Below, one piece after another: positions 1 to 9,180 of a stretch of DNA of 64,000 nt. The translations under genes and the position numbers were made by a program. The stretch is taken from sequence record NC_061442.1, one strand, 5' to 3'. Each line of letters begins with the position of its first letter. The first letter of the stretch is position 1. The notes below the pieces were generated by a model. The model ran no database searches. It was not told where the DNA came from and saw only the letters and a program-made list of their open reading frames with translations.

Positions 1-629
1 TACTCGGCAACTGCGATCCTGTCAGCAAGCAACTGCCTCTTGTTACTCAAGGCGAAACAACGTATGCTGCGAACTGCCTGTTCATAGACATGGTAGGCGA
101 AGATACCGACACTGGTTCGTTCTCGTTCTGGGTAGAGAAGCTACTGGCTATCGGTATCTATGCTTATGCAGATGAAACTGGTATCTGGATTCCTGGCCTG
201 AACAAACACGAACTGGAAGCGGCTGTAGAGCAGGACGAACTCGGTGCGTTTGCCGGTATCAGTTTTGAAGCGACCTGCCGTCAACGTCAGACTCAAATGC
301 TGACCGTGATTGTCGATCACTTCCCTGAGTTGGTACGTTACGTTCTGGACTATCAGTTGCAGACAGGTGAAGACAAAATCTATCTGGCGCCTGAGAACGA
401 CTTCGCACAAGCGCTTGATCTGATTCTGCATAAAGAGATCGCTGGCTACGATGACATGTATGACCTGCTGATGTTCCAGCTGGCGTATGTTGATGACTGG
501 TACAACTTCGACTCTGCAATTCTGCCTGTGCCGTTTACGCTTCGTGCGCTCGACGAACAGCGTGAGTTCTGGGATGTGAACGTTGAGGAAACTGCGGTAG
601 TTATTACCAACGGCTTCGTCAGTCATAAT
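1..629 (+). mobile_element. Intein (C-terminal part) within recA
   Basis: Block F/G motif EFWDVNVEETAVVITNGFVSHN followed by Ser (+1 at 630-632). Upstream FWVEKLLAIGI resembles a degenerate LAGLIDADG segment. Confidence 0.85.
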
Positions 630-1169
630 AGTGATGTGCGTGTGCGTCTGGCCTCTCGTGCAGTACCTGAAGGTTGGCCGAAGCTGAAAGACGCTCCAGG
701 CATCGTCGGTGAGAAGTCTGTTACCGTCGAAGGTGGTACTGACCGTTATCGCTTCATCGCTGCTAAGACCATCAAGAACAAGATGGGCGGCATCCCGAAC
801 CAACAGACGTGGTTACGTTTGTGGGAAGCTGATGGTAACGGCGAAGCGCGAGGATTTGACCCAGTGTTCGATACGTGGCATTACCTGAAAACTCTCGGTC
901 TGGTTAACGGCACCCGTAAGTCGTTCAAACTGAAAGCACCGTGCCCGCTCGCATCTGATGTTAAGATGGACTGGGATGACTTCCGTACTCTTATCAACGG
1001 CAGCAAAGAACAAGTTGTCGGCGTGTGTAAGAAACTGAAAGTCAAACCATCAGGCCTGCGTTTGTGGTGCTTCAAGTTCGTTCAGTCTGTCAAAGGTAAC
1101 GACATGCTGAAAGCTGCTATCAGTAGGTCTGCCAAGAAGTCTGATGACGACGACGGCGACGACGAGTAA
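3..1169 (+). CDS. recA: RecA/UvsX-like recombinase, 5'-truncated by window edge, intein-containing
   Basis: Frame is open from nt 3. After the intein end, SDVRVRL...KTIKNKMGGIP...GFDPVFDTWHYLKTLGLV aligns with RecA ASVRLDI...KVVKNKIAAP...GINFYGELVDLGVKEKLI. Confidence 0.8.
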   Translation, partial: LGNCDPVSKQLPLVTQGETTYAANCLFIDMVGEDTDTGSFSFWVEKLLAIGIYAYADETGIWIPGLNKHELEAAVEQDELGAFAGISFEATCRQRQTQMLTVIVDHFPELVRYVLDYQLQTGEDKIYLAPENDFAQALDLILHKEIAGYDDMYDLLMFQLAYVDDWYNFDSAILPVPFTLRALDEQREFWDVNVEETAVVITNGFVSHNSDVRVRLASRAVPEGWPKLKDAPGIVGEKSVTVEGGTDRYRFIAAKTIKNKMGGIPNQQTWLRLWEADGNGEARGFDPVFDTWHYLKTLGLVNGTRKSFKLKAPCPLASDVKMDWDDFRTLINGSKEQVVGVCKKLKVKPSGLRLWCFKFVQSVKGNDMLKAAISRSAKKSDDDDGDDE

Positions 1170-1174
1170 TCCCT

Positions 1175-1202
1175 GGGCGGGCTTCGGCCTGCTCTCCTTT
1201 CT
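1175..1202 (+). terminator. Hairpin with UUCG loop, probable intrinsic terminator
   Basis: gggcgggc-ttcg-gcctgctc followed by a pyrimidine run, just after the stop. Confidence 0.55.
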
Positions 1203-1212
1203 GGAGAAAGAA

Positions 1213-1641
1213 ATGCGTACTCAAATCTACACCGCTGATATCGTTAATCTGGAGACCGTTGTCGTTGATGACGAAGGTCAAGAGACACGTAGCCCGACAA
1301 TCGTTCCTAATCTCGAAGGCGAACGTGACCTGACTGTTAGCACTCTCGGTACAATCATGGCTACCGTGACTGCTGAACCAAACGCTGATGCGCGCATGAT
1401 CGTTCTGGTATCTCGCGCTCTGGTTCCTGCTTTCGCAGACCCTGAAGGTGACCTGTTCGATATCTTCGACCCAATCGAACGTGTTGCTGATGTTGTTGCT
1501 GGGAACGTCGGTAGCGTTCTCGGTATGCAGGTAGTAATCAACGATAAGTCAGACGACAACGTTCTGGCCATCGCTGATGTTCTCGACAATGAAGCTGGCG
1601 TTATCATTCGTACCTACGGCGCTGCTATCATTCGCGTTTAA
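1213..1641 (+). CDS. Hypothetical protein (142 aa)
   Basis: ORF track; start moved to ATG 1213 after the GGAG RBS. Confidence 0.75.
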   Translation: MRTQIYTADIVNLETVVVDDEGQETRSPTIVPNLEGERDLTVSTLGTIMATVTAEPNADARMIVLVSRALVPAFADPEGDLFDIFDPIERVADVVAGNVGSVLGMQVVINDKSDDNVLAIADVLDNEAGVIIRTYGAAIIRV

Positions 1642-1683
1642 GTAAACCCTGTGCGGGAGAATGCCCTCTCGCACAATCCCTCT

Positions 1684-1736
1684 CTCGATAGGCAATAAGC
1701 CACGAGAAAACAAATCACTCGATAGGCAATACGCCA
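1684..1736 (+). repeat. Direct repeat ctcgataggcaata(a/c)gcca x2
   Basis: 1684-1702 and 1718-1736, 18/19 identical, directly upstream of the RBS of the 1747 gene. Confidence 0.85.
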
Positions 1737-1746
1737 GGAGTAATGT

Positions 1747-2448
1747 ATGAAAAAGATTCAACACGTAGTTCTTCCGACCGATGCACTCAACGGACTCATT
1801 CATGGTTATTATCACCACAGCAAAGGTACGGACGAATTTTGCAAGTCACTGTTCTACATTGACGTGACTGATCGTAGCGCCTCAGATGCGCTATACTCTA
1901 TTCTCAAACGAGACAGGACCTCAGGCATTGTTCCTATGGGTTACGATAGTCAAAAAGATGCGCGAGGCCACACTTCTCCTGCGTCTTTGGCGGTTGTACT
2001 GTCTAACAATTTACTGCATCTGGATGACAAGAAAATGTCCAGAGGCATTTTAACCATCTTCTCCGCTCTGGCTAGAACCACGCACACCAACAACACACAA
2101 ATAACTGTGTATGGGGAGCCGGGCGTAGACAAAATTCTAAACATAGTGCGTAGCGTTGGCTACAAGGACTATATTGAGGGTGAAGGTGCAGATGTTGTGC
2201 TTGGCGAATTTGATCTTGAGTCAAACATGACTATAGACCATTTCGTTCACATGGCTATCGAGCCTAAGTTCGAAGACGCTATCCGCAACTCGCCTGCGAC
2301 GGAGTTTAAACTGGGAGCAAACTTTATGTTCATGCACCCAGACGAGCTGGATAAGGTTGTCCGCATGATTCGCCGTTGCAGTAAGATCTGCATCATGCAC
2401 CCTGACATCCATCGCTATTACTTTGAGAACGTAATCTGTAAATACTGA
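1747..2448 (+). CDS. Hypothetical protein, paralog of 3586..4353
   Basis: ORF with AGGAG RBS; shares N- and C-terminal motifs with the 3586 ORF. Confidence 0.75.
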   Translation: MKKIQHVVLPTDALNGLIHGYYHHSKGTDEFCKSLFYIDVTDRSASDALYSILKRDRTSGIVPMGYDSQKDARGHTSPASLAVVLSNNLLHLDDKKMSRGILTIFSALARTTHTNNTQITVYGEPGVDKILNIVRSVGYKDYIEGEGADVVLGEFDLESNMTIDHFVHMAIEPKFEDAIRNSPATEFKLGANFMFMHPDELDKVVRMIRRCSKICIMHPDIHRYYFENVICKY

Positions 2449-2495
2449 TCAACAACCGAACACATTGCTGTGTGTAGTCTAGCCCGACTTGGGCA

Positions 2496-2527
2496 GGGGA
2501 GAGCCGGATGGCCTCCCCATTTTTTTT
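2496..2527 (+). terminator. Intrinsic terminator
   Basis: ggggag-a-gcc-ggat-ggc-ctcccc followed by a T run. Confidence 0.75.
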
Positions 2528-2550
2528 ATCTACGGCAGCAGGAGAACAGC

Positions 2551-3540
2551 ATGTCCAAAACGACTCCTCAAATCTTCCTCGACCTGTTTATCAAAGACGT
2601 TAGAATCTTTTTGCCTAAGTTCGACAAAGGTCTGGACGCGTACTTCTTGAAGTGCAAAGGCAAACCTGGAAACTTTGGCGTAGCGATACATCAATACTTG
2701 AAGTGGCTGAGTCCTATAGCAAAGCATCCAGAGAACCCAAGCAAACTCTCTATTACTATATCGGGTTACCTGCATTACTTTTGGCAATTGTCTAAACCAA
2801 ACTTTGTGTTTGAATCGACACTGGTTAATCACTTGGCGGACTCTGAATTGCCAGATAGGCTGCCGACAGAGATCTTGCAGAAACTCCCTTACTGGTGTCA
2901 GTGGGTAACATTGCCTATACATCTGGAGAATGCGTTCAGGACATTGCATCTTGACTTCGATGGTGCTTTTGTTGGGTACTCTCAGATCAACAATAGGCCT
3001 GTACTTGTTTTATGTGCTCCATTTGCTCCAGGTGATGAAAGCATCAAGTCAAATAACTTCACACCGTCTGTAACGTCATTCGTATATCTGGACGAACCTG
3101 TCGACCCTTGGTCAATGCTAAAGAACATGCACCTGTTAAATCTGGTTGATACTCTTGAGGACCCAGACTTTCGGGAACTGATGTTCAGCGTATACCACTA
3201 CCTAACAAAAGTTATGTGTTGTGTGATGTACATCTGTTCGCAGCAGGAAGCGTTATATACAGAAGGTCATACTCAGCCCAAGCCTCAACGTTTAGGCAAG
3301 AGCTATCGTATCACTCCGCCTAAGTCAGATCGCATGATCAATATAGGTTCGGAGATGATGCAGATTATCAAGGACTTCGAATCAGAAGTCGAAACGTGTA
3401 CTCGCGCTTTTAACGGACGCAAACCGCACCTGAGAAAAGCGCACTACCACCACTTCTGGACGGGACCGAAAGCTGGACATCGTAAGCTCGTTTGCAAGTG
3501 GTTGCCGCCAAGCGTTGTTCGAGGCACATCGCCTGAGTGA
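2551..3540 (+). CDS. Hypothetical protein with His-rich C-terminal motif (PHLRKAHYHHFWTGP)
   Basis: ORF track; start moved to ATG 2551 after CAGGAG. Confidence 0.8.
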   Translation: MSKTTPQIFLDLFIKDVRIFLPKFDKGLDAYFLKCKGKPGNFGVAIHQYLKWLSPIAKHPENPSKLSITISGYLHYFWQLSKPNFVFESTLVNHLADSELPDRLPTEILQKLPYWCQWVTLPIHLENAFRTLHLDFDGAFVGYSQINNRPVLVLCAPFAPGDESIKSNNFTPSVTSFVYLDEPVDPWSMLKNMHLLNLVDTLEDPDFRELMFSVYHYLTKVMCCVMYICSQQEALYTEGHTQPKPQRLGKSYRITPPKSDRMINIGSEMMQIIKDFESEVETCTRAFNGRKPHLRKAHYHHFWTGPKAGHRKLVCKWLPPSVVRGTSPE

Positions 3541-3585
3541 CGTAAATCAATACTCCACGTATGGGCGTTATGCCCGGAGGCTATT

Positions 3586-4353
3586 ATGAAATCTCGTGTA
3601 CAACATGCGTATATTCCTGATATGGAATCGTTTGACCCTTACGTCCGTTCTCTGTGCCATATGGCGCGAGCACTGGACACACCGAACTCTAACTACGGTA
3701 AGTTGAAACGTGTCGTGATCATTGGTACGTCGAAGCGCGTGGTCGAAGCCTACGTTAAGCAGTTACTCAACACAAACAACCTGCCACACACTCTCATTTG
3801 TTTTGGTGTAGACGAATCGCCTATCAGCCACAGAGACTATTCCTATGCTGGCGCCCACGTTGTGCTGATGCACGATCTGACTTACGTTGATAGTGGTACA
3901 ATGGGCAAGGTTGCCGCTCGCGTCCTAGAAATCATAGACAGCCTAAAACAGAAAGAAGGCGACACTGAACTCAAAAACAGCGAGCTGTCTTTGGTCTACT
4001 CGAACCCGCACCTGTGGTCTGCTATTCTTGACTACGGCGCTGCTTCATTCATGAACACGGCGGGCCGCAACATTGAATACCGTAGCGGTTTGGTTTCATC
4101 TATCGGTCTTGACGCGTTGATGAAATGCGAAAGCAACCAACAATACCACGAGCTTCGTGCCGAAACGATTACTATAGGCCTGGAGTTCTTCTGCATACAC
4201 ACGGACTACCTGCTATCCAAAGTACATAATCTGTTGTGGTCACTCTCGTGTGATGATTGCAAGTTCAAAAAGAATCACCGCATCATCTTCCATGAAGACT
4301 TTCGTCGTTTATTCTTCGAAGAATACATCCTAAGAGACTTCAAGGGCTTTTAA
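3586..4353 (+). CDS. Hypothetical protein, paralog of 1747..2448
   Basis: ORF with GGAGG RBS; shared motifs. Confidence 0.75.
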   Translation: MKSRVQHAYIPDMESFDPYVRSLCHMARALDTPNSNYGKLKRVVIIGTSKRVVEAYVKQLLNTNNLPHTLICFGVDESPISHRDYSYAGAHVVLMHDLTYVDSGTMGKVAARVLEIIDSLKQKEGDTELKNSELSLVYSNPHLWSAILDYGAASFMNTAGRNIEYRSGLVSSIGLDALMKCESNQQYHELRAETITIGLEFFCIHTDYLLSKVHNLLWSLSCDDCKFKKNHRIIFHEDFRRLFFEEYILRDFKGF

Positions 4354-4426
4354 GAATATTCTTAGCCTGCTCTCTAATTTCAATATGTTGGCAAGTAGTG
4401 CTGACATATCGTTATTGGAGAATAAC

Positions 4427-4687
4427 ATGTGCGGACGTAGCCTCGTTAGGTTGAAGTACCTCGCACGGTCATCGAACTGGTGCAATAATAAAGTAAACGC
4501 TTGTAGTGAGCGGAAGGCGAAGAATGTGCAATGTGAGGAATTTTTGGCAGCGACCAAGAATTGCCGCAGCGAACAGAAGTCGTCCAGTGTAGTTTCTTTC
4601 TTCAAAGGTCATGAGCTTGTTGGTCAGGCTATATGGCATGAGATTGAAGGAGACAGCACACTTCAATTCCGGTTGCTACTTGCTTAA
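4427..4687 (+). CDS. Small hypothetical protein (86 aa)
   Basis: GGAG RBS before ATG 4427; followed by a terminator. Confidence 0.5.
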   Translation: MCGRSLVRLKYLARSSNWCNNKVNACSERKAKNVQCEEFLAATKNCRSEQKSSSVVSFFKGHELVGQAIWHEIEGDSTLQFRLLLA

Positions 4688-4692
4688 CGACA

Positions 4693-4733
4693 GAGGGCCT
4701 TTCAGATTAACATCTGGTGGGCCCTTTCTTCTT
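4693..4733 (+). terminator. Intrinsic terminator
   Basis: agggcc...cagat-taac-atctg...ggccct followed by a T-rich run. Confidence 0.65.
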
Positions 4734-4789
4734 TATATGCTAATTTTCTCCTGTCATTAACACACAAACCTACTTCGGGGTATAACACT

Positions 4790-6862
4790 ATGTCTTTGAT
4801 TAAAATCGAAGGCGTCCAATCATTGTCTGCGCCCACCAAAGCTCAGAAAGACGCCGCTGTTTATATGTTTGGCTCCAAGGGCCATTCAATCGTTGCTGTG
4901 CTTGACAAGTTCAGCCGTGCGAAAGAAGTGCGCACCGCACACATCGACGGTCTGCTAAAGCTGATGAAAGATGGAGACGATGAAGAAATCATCAAGTTCA
5001 CCGCATCTGCTCCTGGTAAGAAAACCATCGCGGCTGCGAAGCAATTCGCTGTAGCAAAAACACTGGCCGCCAGCATCAAAGCACTGAAACTTGTGCGCGT
5101 TCCGATGAAGTGGATAGATGGTCACTCTGATGCCGCTGCTGCTCGTATTACCGAGACAAAAGAAATCCGCGCGCGTAAGACTGCTGGCAATCGACCTGAG
5201 AAGCCAATCAAGCTCGACAACCCACACGCGCCAGAAGCCACCGTAGTGACGCAGACGGATTCAAATTCTCCTCTCAGCAGAATCTACACTCTGCCTAAAT
5301 CAGTTGCTGGCTATGGCTATGCGCTTACTCCTCAGTGGAAAGCAATCATCGTCGCAGCAAACGAAGCGCTTAAAGGCATGTTTGTTCTCAAGTGGGCTAA
5401 GTCCGAAGGCTGTCCTCAGATCATACCAGTAGGCAAAGGCTATCGCTCAATTCCTAACGCTTACTTGGGCGCTGCTGTTGCTGATAATAGCTGGCATCTG
5501 TATGCAGTCGCTCCTTCTGATAAGAAAGGCTCAGGTATTGAAGGCCGCATGATCGGTAACAAGCTGACCATGGCTTCTGTTGCAGCATTCATGCGTGACG
5601 TTATGGCACAGCAAGGCTCACCTCAGACCGCAGCAATCAACAAGATGATCGCTGGCGCTACTGTGTTCGATAAAGAAGTTGTTATCACCGAAGCAAATAA
5701 CCCTGACCTGAAAGCAATTGGTGACGTCAAACGTGCGCAGGACGCAGAGGGTACAGCTAAAGGTGCGATCAACTCTGTTACTAAAATCACCCCGACCAAC
5801 GTGTCTAAGATCACACGCGGCGCACAGGTCAAGATCGAGCAACAACTGGATAGTAAATTGAGCGGTGTGTTGGGTAATGCGCAGTTCCGTGAAAAGGGTA
5901 CCTATCTGGCACTTGACGGTTACCTGTTTGAAATGAGCGCGCCAGAGTCATACAAAGGCGTAGCGAAGCTGGCCAGCTATGCGGTCATTCCACCTCAGAC
6001 CAAAACAGGTCTGGCAGGTAAGAACTGGCGCGTAAGTGCGTTGAAGATTGGTCGTGCTTCCGCTGCTGATATCATTGATATCGGGCCTAAGTTCTCTTTG
6101 GCTAAAGTCAAGTCGGCTGTACGTCAACTTGCTGGTGCCGCTGAATCTACCGTGTACACGCCGTCAGGTAAAACCGACATCGCGCTGGTGGACGAACTCG
6201 CAGAAATCCCTGCACGTAAGATCTCTGCTAAGCCTTTGCAGGCGCGTGAAGAATATTTCAATGCACTGCGCACGGTACTACAGAACAATCTGCCTAAGCG
6301 TGAAGTGTCTGCCACCTCTACCGGTGTTGTGATCGGTGGTAGCAAGCTGCATACCTTACGTCTAGATAACAACACATGGACGTTGCAGACTGGTGTAACA
6401 GGCAAGACGAAGAAAGTCGGATCTACGTTCGATATCGTTGATCTTTTGGCGCTGGTGGACAAGGGTATTCTGCGCCCAAAGCCTGAAGGCGGCTCTACGA
6501 CCATTCGTAAGCAGCCGCCTTTCTTTGACCGCGTAACAAAAGACGCCAAGACAGGTGAGTACCGTACTATCATTCAGGCTAACGAGAACCAAGCGTATCA
6601 GGTTGCCGTGAAGCGTGAAGGAGATACGTTCGTGTTCACCTCTCCTGTGTATCCTGCTGTCCAGCGTTTCGTAACACAGGGTATGACAGAGGCTGACGTT
6701 ATGTGGGAGACGTTCACAGGCAAGAGCGTGACCTTCTCCAAAGAAGACGCTGATAAGTTTGAGAAGTGGCTAAAGTCAATTCGTAAAACTCAGTCTCTGA
6801 CCAGCAATTATCTGTTCCCTGCGATTGCACCAACACGCAGTGGTGGCGGTATGAGTATGTAA
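4790..6862 (+). CDS. Large Ala/Lys-rich hypothetical protein (690 aa), possibly virion-associated
   Basis: Long ORF bounded by terminators; no recognisable motif. Confidence 0.85.
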   Translation: MSLIKIEGVQSLSAPTKAQKDAAVYMFGSKGHSIVAVLDKFSRAKEVRTAHIDGLLKLMKDGDDEEIIKFTASAPGKKTIAAAKQFAVAKTLAASIKALKLVRVPMKWIDGHSDAAAARITETKEIRARKTAGNRPEKPIKLDNPHAPEATVVTQTDSNSPLSRIYTLPKSVAGYGYALTPQWKAIIVAANEALKGMFVLKWAKSEGCPQIIPVGKGYRSIPNAYLGAAVADNSWHLYAVAPSDKKGSGIEGRMIGNKLTMASVAAFMRDVMAQQGSPQTAAINKMIAGATVFDKEVVITEANNPDLKAIGDVKRAQDAEGTAKGAINSVTKITPTNVSKITRGAQVKIEQQLDSKLSGVLGNAQFREKGTYLALDGYLFEMSAPESYKGVAKLASYAVIPPQTKTGLAGKNWRVSALKIGRASAADIIDIGPKFSLAKVKSAVRQLAGAAESTVYTPSGKTDIALVDELAEIPARKISAKPLQAREEYFNALRTVLQNNLPKREVSATSTGVVIGGSKLHTLRLDNNTWTLQTGVTGKTKKVGSTFDIVDLLALVDKGILRPKPEGGSTTIRKQPPFFDRVTKDAKTGEYRTIIQANENQAYQVAVKREGDTFVFTSPVYPAVQRFVTQGMTEADVMWETFTGKSVTFSKEDADKFEKWLKSIRKTQSLTSNYLFPAIAPTRSGGGMSM

Positions 6863-6863
6863 C

Positions 6864-6892
6864 AAAAGGGGTGGCTTCGGCTGCCCCTTTTT
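6864..6892 (+). terminator. Strong (bidirectional-type) intrinsic terminator
   Basis: aaaa-ggggtggc-ttcg-gctgcccc-ttttt. Confidence 0.9.
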
Positions 6893-6920
6893 GCGTCTAT
6901 ATGCGCCTGAAAGCTGACTA

Positions 6921-7002
6921 ACTCTGCATATAATAGGTTGAAATAGCGGTGTACGCATATCAGTCAAAATGATACAATATAGTCTCTAGCGCAATAACGC
7001 GC
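6921..7002 (+). promoter_or_regulatory. Class-A phage promoter (upstream GG box + extended -10 + hairpin)
   Basis: actctgcatataataGGttgaaat; TGaTACAAT at 6970; gcgc-aataac-gcgc hairpin. Confidence 0.8.
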
Positions 7003-7027
7003 ATAACACTGCCGAGGGGCAAAAACA

Positions 7028-7399
7028 ATGACTATCAAATTTAACTCTGTTTACGAAATCTTTGAAGCTATGGAAATGTGCGCCAGCGATTCTGCTTTCA
7101 CCAAACAATGCGGTTTCCCTTATCCTGCGGTAGAAATTTTGCAGTGTGGTTTGCAGGAAGATTTAGGTGTGTATGCGTCAATGGCAGACGGCGTGAATTT
7201 CCTGATTGCAGATACGAGTGACCTGTTTTCTGAACATCTTCAAGGTGATGGTGAAATCACCGTTTGTCGTATCGAAACTCCCAACGGTGAGATGTTCGAC
7301 GAGCCAGAAGCTATCGTTGCGCAGCTGGGGACATTCAACGATTTTGATGAAGCATACGCAGCATTCACCACAGCCATAAACGCTGAACTCAACAAATAA
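7028..7399 (+). CDS. Small acidic hypothetical protein
   Basis: ORF with GAGGGG RBS. Confidence 0.8.
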   Translation: MTIKFNSVYEIFEAMEMCASDSAFTKQCGFPYPAVEILQCGLQEDLGVYASMADGVNFLIADTSDLFSEHLQGDGEITVCRIETPNGEMFDEPEAIVAQLGTFNDFDEAYAAFTTAINAELNK

Positions 7400-7469
7400 T
7401 AGGTCAAAAGCGCTATAGCAATATAGCGCTATTTATCGTACTATATATTCTCTAGCGCAATGATGCGCA
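7387..7469 (+). promoter_or_regulatory. Class-A phage promoter
   Basis: actcaacaaataataGGtcaaaa; TACTAT at 7439 (37 nt from GG); gcgc-aatgat-gcgc hairpin. Confidence 0.7.
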
Positions 7470-7496
7470 CATACAACACTTGCCAAGGGGCATACA

Positions 7497-7871
7497 ATGA
7501 AAGCAGCAAACTTCGATAAAGCATTCAACGCGAAAGATGAAGCAACTCTGAACGCATACGCAGCGCAAATCGTTGAAGCGCTCAACGCTCTGGGACGTAA
7601 TGACCTGAAGATCACTATTATCTTCGGCACTGACCCGTACGGCGAGCGCCCCGACTTCGTTAACGACCCCAACGGTTTTCGTGTCGTGCAGAACGGGGAA
7701 GAAATTTTCGATATCTACACCCCAACTGAAAAACAGATTGAAGGCGATGCGTCTGACGCTTTCATCTACGCTTCATGGGCAGACGGTGTAGCGCCGTGGG
7801 GCAAAGAAGTTTCAGACAATGACGTTGCTGAAATCGCAGCGCACCTGAACACTGCAATCCCAGCTCTGTAA
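7497..7871 (+). CDS. Small acidic hypothetical protein
   Basis: ORF with AAGGGG RBS. Confidence 0.8.
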   Translation: MKAANFDKAFNAKDEATLNAYAAQIVEALNALGRNDLKITIIFGTDPYGERPDFVNDPNGFRVVQNGEEIFDIYTPTEKQIEGDASDAFIYASWADGVAPWGKEVSDNDVAEIAAHLNTAIPAL

Positions 7872-7933
7872 CGAACAACTGACTGCGGGGTTACGGCCCC
7901 GCTTATATGACAACTTGCCAAGAGAACATAATC

Positions 7934-8239
7934 ATGACCAGAGAAGAACTGACTACACTGATTAGCAACTCACTCACACGCACTGACTTCGCAGTAATGA
8001 ACTGCGTAGAGCCTGATGACTACGAACTTGTTTTGCTCTATGAAGTAGACAGCGCTGGTGAATCACTTGGCGAGATGGGTTATGAAGTAGAATTGAATGA
8101 TGACGGCACATTCTCGCTTCACTACCTTGAGATGCCGTGGTCTCCTGAGCCGTTCCCGTCGTTCGCTAAAACTTCGAACTTCGACGAACTGATGGCAGCG
8201 ATAAACAGTATCGAGTTTCACGTTTCAGGTACTAACTAA
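7934..8239 (+). CDS. Small acidic hypothetical protein
   Basis: ORF track; start moved to ATG 7934. Confidence 0.7.
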   Translation: MTREELTTLISNSLTRTDFAVMNCVEPDDYELVLLYEVDSAGESLGEMGYEVELNDDGTFSLHYLEMPWSPEPFPSFAKTSNFDELMAAINSIEFHVSGTN

Positions 8240-8257
8240 CATTAAGAGGCAACAATC

Positions 8258-8503
8258 ATGTCAGAGAAACAAATCATCATCGACGTAATCGCAGACGTAG
8301 CATCACCAACAGAAGTTGTGTTTGAAGATGGCGAGTCTTCTAATCAATGGCTCGCGCCGTTCGATCTGCGCCTGACTGTGGCCCAGGCCTGCGGTCCGGC
8401 GGGCGTACCAGAAGTGAACATCATCGGCGATGAAGATAACCTGCGCCGCTTCTTGGCCGCGAACGATCAGTTCGAAGACGCTGAGATCGTAGACGTTATC
8501 TAA
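8258..8503 (+). CDS. Small acidic hypothetical protein
   Basis: ORF with GAGG RBS. Confidence 0.8.
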   Translation: MSEKQIIIDVIADVASPTEVVFEDGESSNQWLAPFDLRLTVAQACGPAGVPEVNIIGDEDNLRRFLAANDQFEDAEIVDVI

Positions 8504-8512
8504 CAAACAAAG

Positions 8513-8536
8513 AGCGGCGCTTCGGCGCTGCTTTTC
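8513..8536 (+). terminator. Intrinsic terminator
   Basis: agcggcgc-ttcg-gcgctgct-tttc. Confidence 0.8.
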
Positions 8537-8559
8537 TATTTCTGCCTGAGAATGCTGCT

Positions 8560-9117
8560 ATGAAAAATCAATATCTCATTATTCGCATGAACGCCGCAAA
8601 CTTCTACGACAAACAGTTTCTGATGCGTGGCTTTAACGCCAAGCGTATCGAGCAGGTCATTGGCGTTATCGTTATCATAGGCGATGAACATACATACTCG
8701 CTGAAAGACAGCATGTATCATTTAGCAAAAATTCACGTCGAACAGCTTACATCTGACACACAACAAAATTTAGTTAAGCTACGCTGGTCGAGCGTAGACA
8801 GCAAGCGCATAGAAGAAGGCTTGACGCGCATACCCACTGACTTGACAGACGCCATACGTGCGATGCGCAACACTCGATTGTATTATGAAGTCGATACGAC
8901 AATCCCACAGGCGTTTCGTGACTGCCACACTGAATTTGATATACCTACTGGTGCGCAAATGCGTGAGCGCATAAACAAACGACAACGTGAAGACGAGACA
9001 AAGATCAAACTTGTTGACCGCTCGCACGTAACGAAAGCGCTTAACGATTGCACTGTGGAAGAAATTCTAAAGCACCTGAAAGAGCGCACGGGCGCTGAGA
9101 TCACAATCAAGCTGTAA
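8560..9117 (+). CDS. Hypothetical protein
   Basis: ORF track, fills the gap on +. Confidence 0.75.
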   Translation: MKNQYLIIRMNAANFYDKQFLMRGFNAKRIEQVIGVIVIIGDEHTYSLKDSMYHLAKIHVEQLTSDTQQNLVKLRWSSVDSKRIEEGLTRIPTDLTDAIRAMRNTRLYYEVDTTIPQAFRDCHTEFDIPTGAQMRERINKRQREDETKIKLVDRSHVTKALNDCTVEEILKHLKERTGAEITIKL

Positions 9118-9180
9118 CAACTAATCAATGTGTGGCGTTACGGCGCCACATCATCACAACTTAATAGAGAGAATCACATC

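Noticed and set aside
141-803. 220-aa minus-strand ORF and other long antisense ORFs (e.g. 19517..20188, 23257..23943, 40074..40688, 47050..47679)
   Set aside because: Fully overlap well-supported + strand genes; no motifs
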